Source of the DNA: a virus
Taxonomy: Duplodnaviria; Caudoviricetes
Length of the DNA stretch: 64,000 bases
Direction: 5' to 3' (one strand)
IMG/VR virus record: IMGVR_UViG_3300029305_002995
Location: 1 to 64,000 of that record
Shown here: in pieces, positions 61,773-64,000 of the stretch
How positions within the stretch are numbered: the first letter of the stretch is position 1
How the letters are laid out: each line of letters begins with the position of its first letter
Notes under the pieces: generated by a model
The model's database searches: none
What the model was told of the DNA's origin: nothing
What the model saw: the letters and a program-made list of their open reading frames with translations, nothing else
Position numbers and translations under genes: made by a program

Positions 61773-61946
61773 ATGGTTAAAATCGTGCAAAAACAAGATG
61801 GTTATTATATCCTCGAAGCACAAATTGATGGCTTAACTATCGTTAAAGGCTTGATGGATGCAGACAAACCATTAGAAAAAATTGCAAAAGAACCTAAAGC
61901 AGATGGATTTTATTTACATATTCCAGACGAAATAATTTGTAAATAA
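61773..61946 (+). CDS. Small hypothetical early protein (57 aa)
   Basis: AAGGAGGT RBS before MVKIV. Confidence 0.65.
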   Translation: MVKIVQKQDGYYILEAQIDGLTIVKGLMDADKPLEKIAKEPKADGFYLHIPDEIICK

Positions 61947-62110
61947 ATGAAGTCGGAGGGAATTTATTCTGACTGCCAATACATAATAAATTCCCTCTTG
62001 TACCTTATTCAATCAATGATGTGTAATACAATATGTAAATGCAATTCACGGAATAAATTATAAATAGAACCTTATTTTTTAGAAGAAAATAAAATAGAAG
62101 AAGAAAAGCG

Positions 62111-62143
62111 AAAAGGATTGATTTTCAAATATCAGTCCTTTTT
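62111..62143 (+). terminator. Intrinsic terminator
   Basis: aaaaggattgat...atcagtcctttt. Confidence 0.7.
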
Positions 62144-62213
62144 GTTTTGTACAAAAATATCATGTTTTTGAAAATACATATAATATTATTTAGTAAATAT
62201 ATACACAAACTAC

Positions 62214-62242
62214 TTGACAACATGATTTCAGTATGTTATAAT
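62214..62242 (+). promoter_or_regulatory. sigmaA promoter
   Basis: TTGACA-17-TATAAT with TG. Confidence 0.9.
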
Positions 62243-62292
62243 ACAGTCAAGAAAATAAACACAAATGCAAACAACATGAAAGGATTGATATT

Positions 62293-62775
62293 ATGTTATA
62301 CTGTGCTTATGGTAGTAATATGAACTTGGAACAAATGGCTTATAGATGCCCTAACTCAAAAATTGTAGGGACTGGACAAATTAAAAATTATCAGTTAGTA
62401 TTTAATATGTGTGCAGATATTATTAAAAGCGACAATGCGGAAAATTTTGTTCCAGTTGTTCTCTGGGAAATCGCAGAAGAAGATTGGGAAAGATTGGATA
62501 TTTACGAAGGTTATCCACATTTCTATACAAAAGAAGTTGTTACAGTATCTTGCGGAAAAAACAATGTAGAAGCTATCGTATATGTTATGATAGACGATAA
62601 CAAAGGTATTGAGCCGCCTATGTATGATTACTTTATGGGTATTTTAGCAGGATATACGGAAAATAATATCAACACAAAACCGCTGTATGATGCTTTGAAA
62701 CATTCACAAGAACATAAAACAGTACATTCTAAATATGTATATGGAAGATTATCTAAGAAACTTAATAGACGATAA
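62293..62775 (+). CDS. Gamma-glutamylcyclotransferase (AIG2-like)
   Basis: YCAYGSNMN..QM..RCP, LDIYEGYP.FY and A.VYVM motifs. Confidence 0.9.
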   Translation: MLYCAYGSNMNLEQMAYRCPNSKIVGTGQIKNYQLVFNMCADIIKSDNAENFVPVVLWEIAEEDWERLDIYEGYPHFYTKEVVTVSCGKNNVEAIVYVMIDDNKGIEPPMYDYFMGILAGYTENNINTKPLYDALKHSQEHKTVHSKYVYGRLSKKLNRR

Positions 62776-62789
62776 ATATATATATTTTA

Positions 62790-63062
62790 ATGGAGGAAAA
62801 TAATATGAAAAAATGGTGTCTTATTGACGAAGCAAGAAATATTATGGATTTATTTGTATACGACAACAAAGATTTAGCTATTGCCGATGCAGAGAATTTA
62901 TGGAGTCGTTTGACAAATTCTGATAAAATGCAAAGAACAATGTTTCTTGTAGGTTTATGTAATGTAGAACAAAACGAAGATGGTAAATGGGATTTTGCAG
63001 AAAATAAATATGGGCTTATTGATTGTGATATTTATGAAGTAGCAAAAAATTTTATAGAATAA
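62790..63062 (+). CDS. Hypothetical early protein
   Basis: GGAGG RBS points to a start at MKKWC (62805). Confidence 0.65.
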   Translation: MEENNMKKWCLIDEARNIMDLFVYDNKDLAIADAENLWSRLTNSDKMQRTMFLVGLCNVEQNEDGKWDFAENKYGLIDCDIYEVAKNFIE

Positions 63063-63091
63063 ATATATTTTGTAATACAAAGGATGATGCG

Positions 63092-63484
63092 ATGAAAAAG
63101 AAAACAATGCAGACATATAAAAATTATGTTTGCCCTAAATGCTTTAATATTCTGACTCAATGTAATTGTGATAAGTTGTCTGATAAACTCATTTATATCG
63201 ATGTAGGTATTCAAGAGCATATTAAAATCCTAAATGCCAAAGGTTATAAAACGCTATTTTGTTGCGAGTCTCATTATGAAAGAAATGATTTGCAATTATA
63301 TATTTCCTTTGCCTATCAGCATTATCATTTAGGCGAACTACCGCATGGTTTTAAACGTTCTGCAGATGGAAGGAATATAGAATATATCTTTAATTCAAAG
63401 CTATCCAGAGACGCTTACAGCCAATGTAAAAACGATGTATTAAAAGAACTATTAGAATGGTGCAAAGCCTTGCCGAATTTATAA
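63092..63484 (+). CDS. Hypothetical protein with ID..I...I..LN.KGY.T..CC.SH motif
   Basis: Motif reminiscent of the TYW3 N-terminus; Cys cluster. Confidence 0.6.
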   Translation: MKKKTMQTYKNYVCPKCFNILTQCNCDKLSDKLIYIDVGIQEHIKILNAKGYKTLFCCESHYERNDLQLYISFAYQHYHLGELPHGFKRSADGRNIEYIFNSKLSRDAYSQCKNDVLKELLEWCKALPNL

Positions 63485-63504
63485 TAAAAACATTAAAGAG
63501 GATT

Positions 63505-63533
63505 AAAAGGGAGTCTTTCGACTCTCTTTTTTT
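63505..63533 (+). terminator. Intrinsic terminator (GAGTC stem)
   Basis: agggagtc-tttc-gactctct + T-run. Confidence 0.85.
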
Positions 63534-63704
63534 ATTTACAATAAAATAGCATTTTTGAAAACAAATATTTATTGTTATTCCCTACTCTGACAAAATATAA
63601 TTATTTTTGAAAATATAATTAAGCTGCCATAACAGAAAAATCTTATATTTGAAAATGCTAAGAAAATAAATATTAAAATAATCAATTTTTTCTTTCAAAA
63701 ATCC

Positions 63705-63733
63705 TTGACATAATGAATGTATTGTGTTATACT
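63705..63733 (+). promoter_or_regulatory. sigmaA promoter
   Basis: TTGACA-17-TATACT with TG. Confidence 0.85.
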
Positions 63734-63792
63734 ATAATCAAACAAAGGAAATAAATAAAACAACAAACAATGTATCAAAAGGAGAATGAATT

Positions 63793-64000
63793 ATGATTAC
63801 ACTGAATCAGCTTAATTGTTCCAGATGTTATCGTTTTGTAGATAACAATTTGAAATCTTATAAAGTGGAATGTATTCGCTTTTATAAAGAAAATAAGGTT
63901 GTAATTCAAGTTGATAATGGTTGGTTGACTGTTAGAAAACAGGGATGGACAGTTGATTTGAAATCTCTTGACCTTCCTATTTCTGAAATCAAAGCTAAAA
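63793..64000 (+). CDS. Hypothetical early protein, truncated by the window end
   Basis: AAGGAG RBS; MITLNQLNCSRC... open to 64000. Confidence 0.7.
   Translation, partial: MITLNQLNCSRCYRFVDNNLKSYKVECIRFYKENKVVIQVDNGWLTVRKQGWTVDLKSLDLPISEIKAK

Noticed and set aside
53815-63220. Minus-strand ORFs in the right arm
   Set aside because: Shadows of plus-strand cassette genes or low-complexity spacers
53520-63700. CodY boxes
   Set aside because: TTTTCAAAAA only partly resembles AATTTTCWGAAAATT and lacks the central WG spacing
53700-64000. CRISPR array or true integron
   Set aside because: The repeats are irregularly spaced, degenerate promoter and terminator parts; no constant repeat-spacer period, cas genes or attC GTTRRRY structure

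Overview
This AT-rich window is entirely phage DNA, and I see no host genes. It looks like a large SPbeta-like tailed phage of a Firmicutes (probably clostridial) host. It has two divergent arms. The left arm (1-51.7 kb, minus strand) reads: winged-helix protein, a YonO-like single-subunit RNA polymerase, HU-like protein, tRNA cluster, phosphoesterase, terminase, portal, capsid, neck and tail genes, RecU, tyrosine recombinase, a ~3,610-aa tape measure protein, Dit/Tal, lysis genes and tail-fibre genes. Three essential genes that look broken in the ORF track are in fact interrupted by four group I introns, whose splice sites can be placed to the base. Two introns are in the RNA polymerase (one splits the catalytic D|VDGD motif and carries an HNH endonuclease). 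One is in the tape measure gene (with a Vsr/DUF559-like endonuclease) and one follows codon 7 of the major tail protein. A ~2 kb non-coding region with a sharp G/T to C/A strand switch separates the arms. The right arm (53.7-64 kb, plus strand) is an array of small cassettes, each built from a consensus sigmaA promoter, a C/A-rich leader, an ORF or ORFs and a terminator, usually with a GAGTC stem. The most striking observation is one cassette (59787-59950) with no ORF. It would make a ~130-nt RNA whose G/U-rich loop is the reverse complement of the shared leader and Shine-Dalgarno of almost all the other cassettes. This is a candidate phage-encoded master antisense sRNA for the whole early array. 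All calls were made by eye, without database searches.
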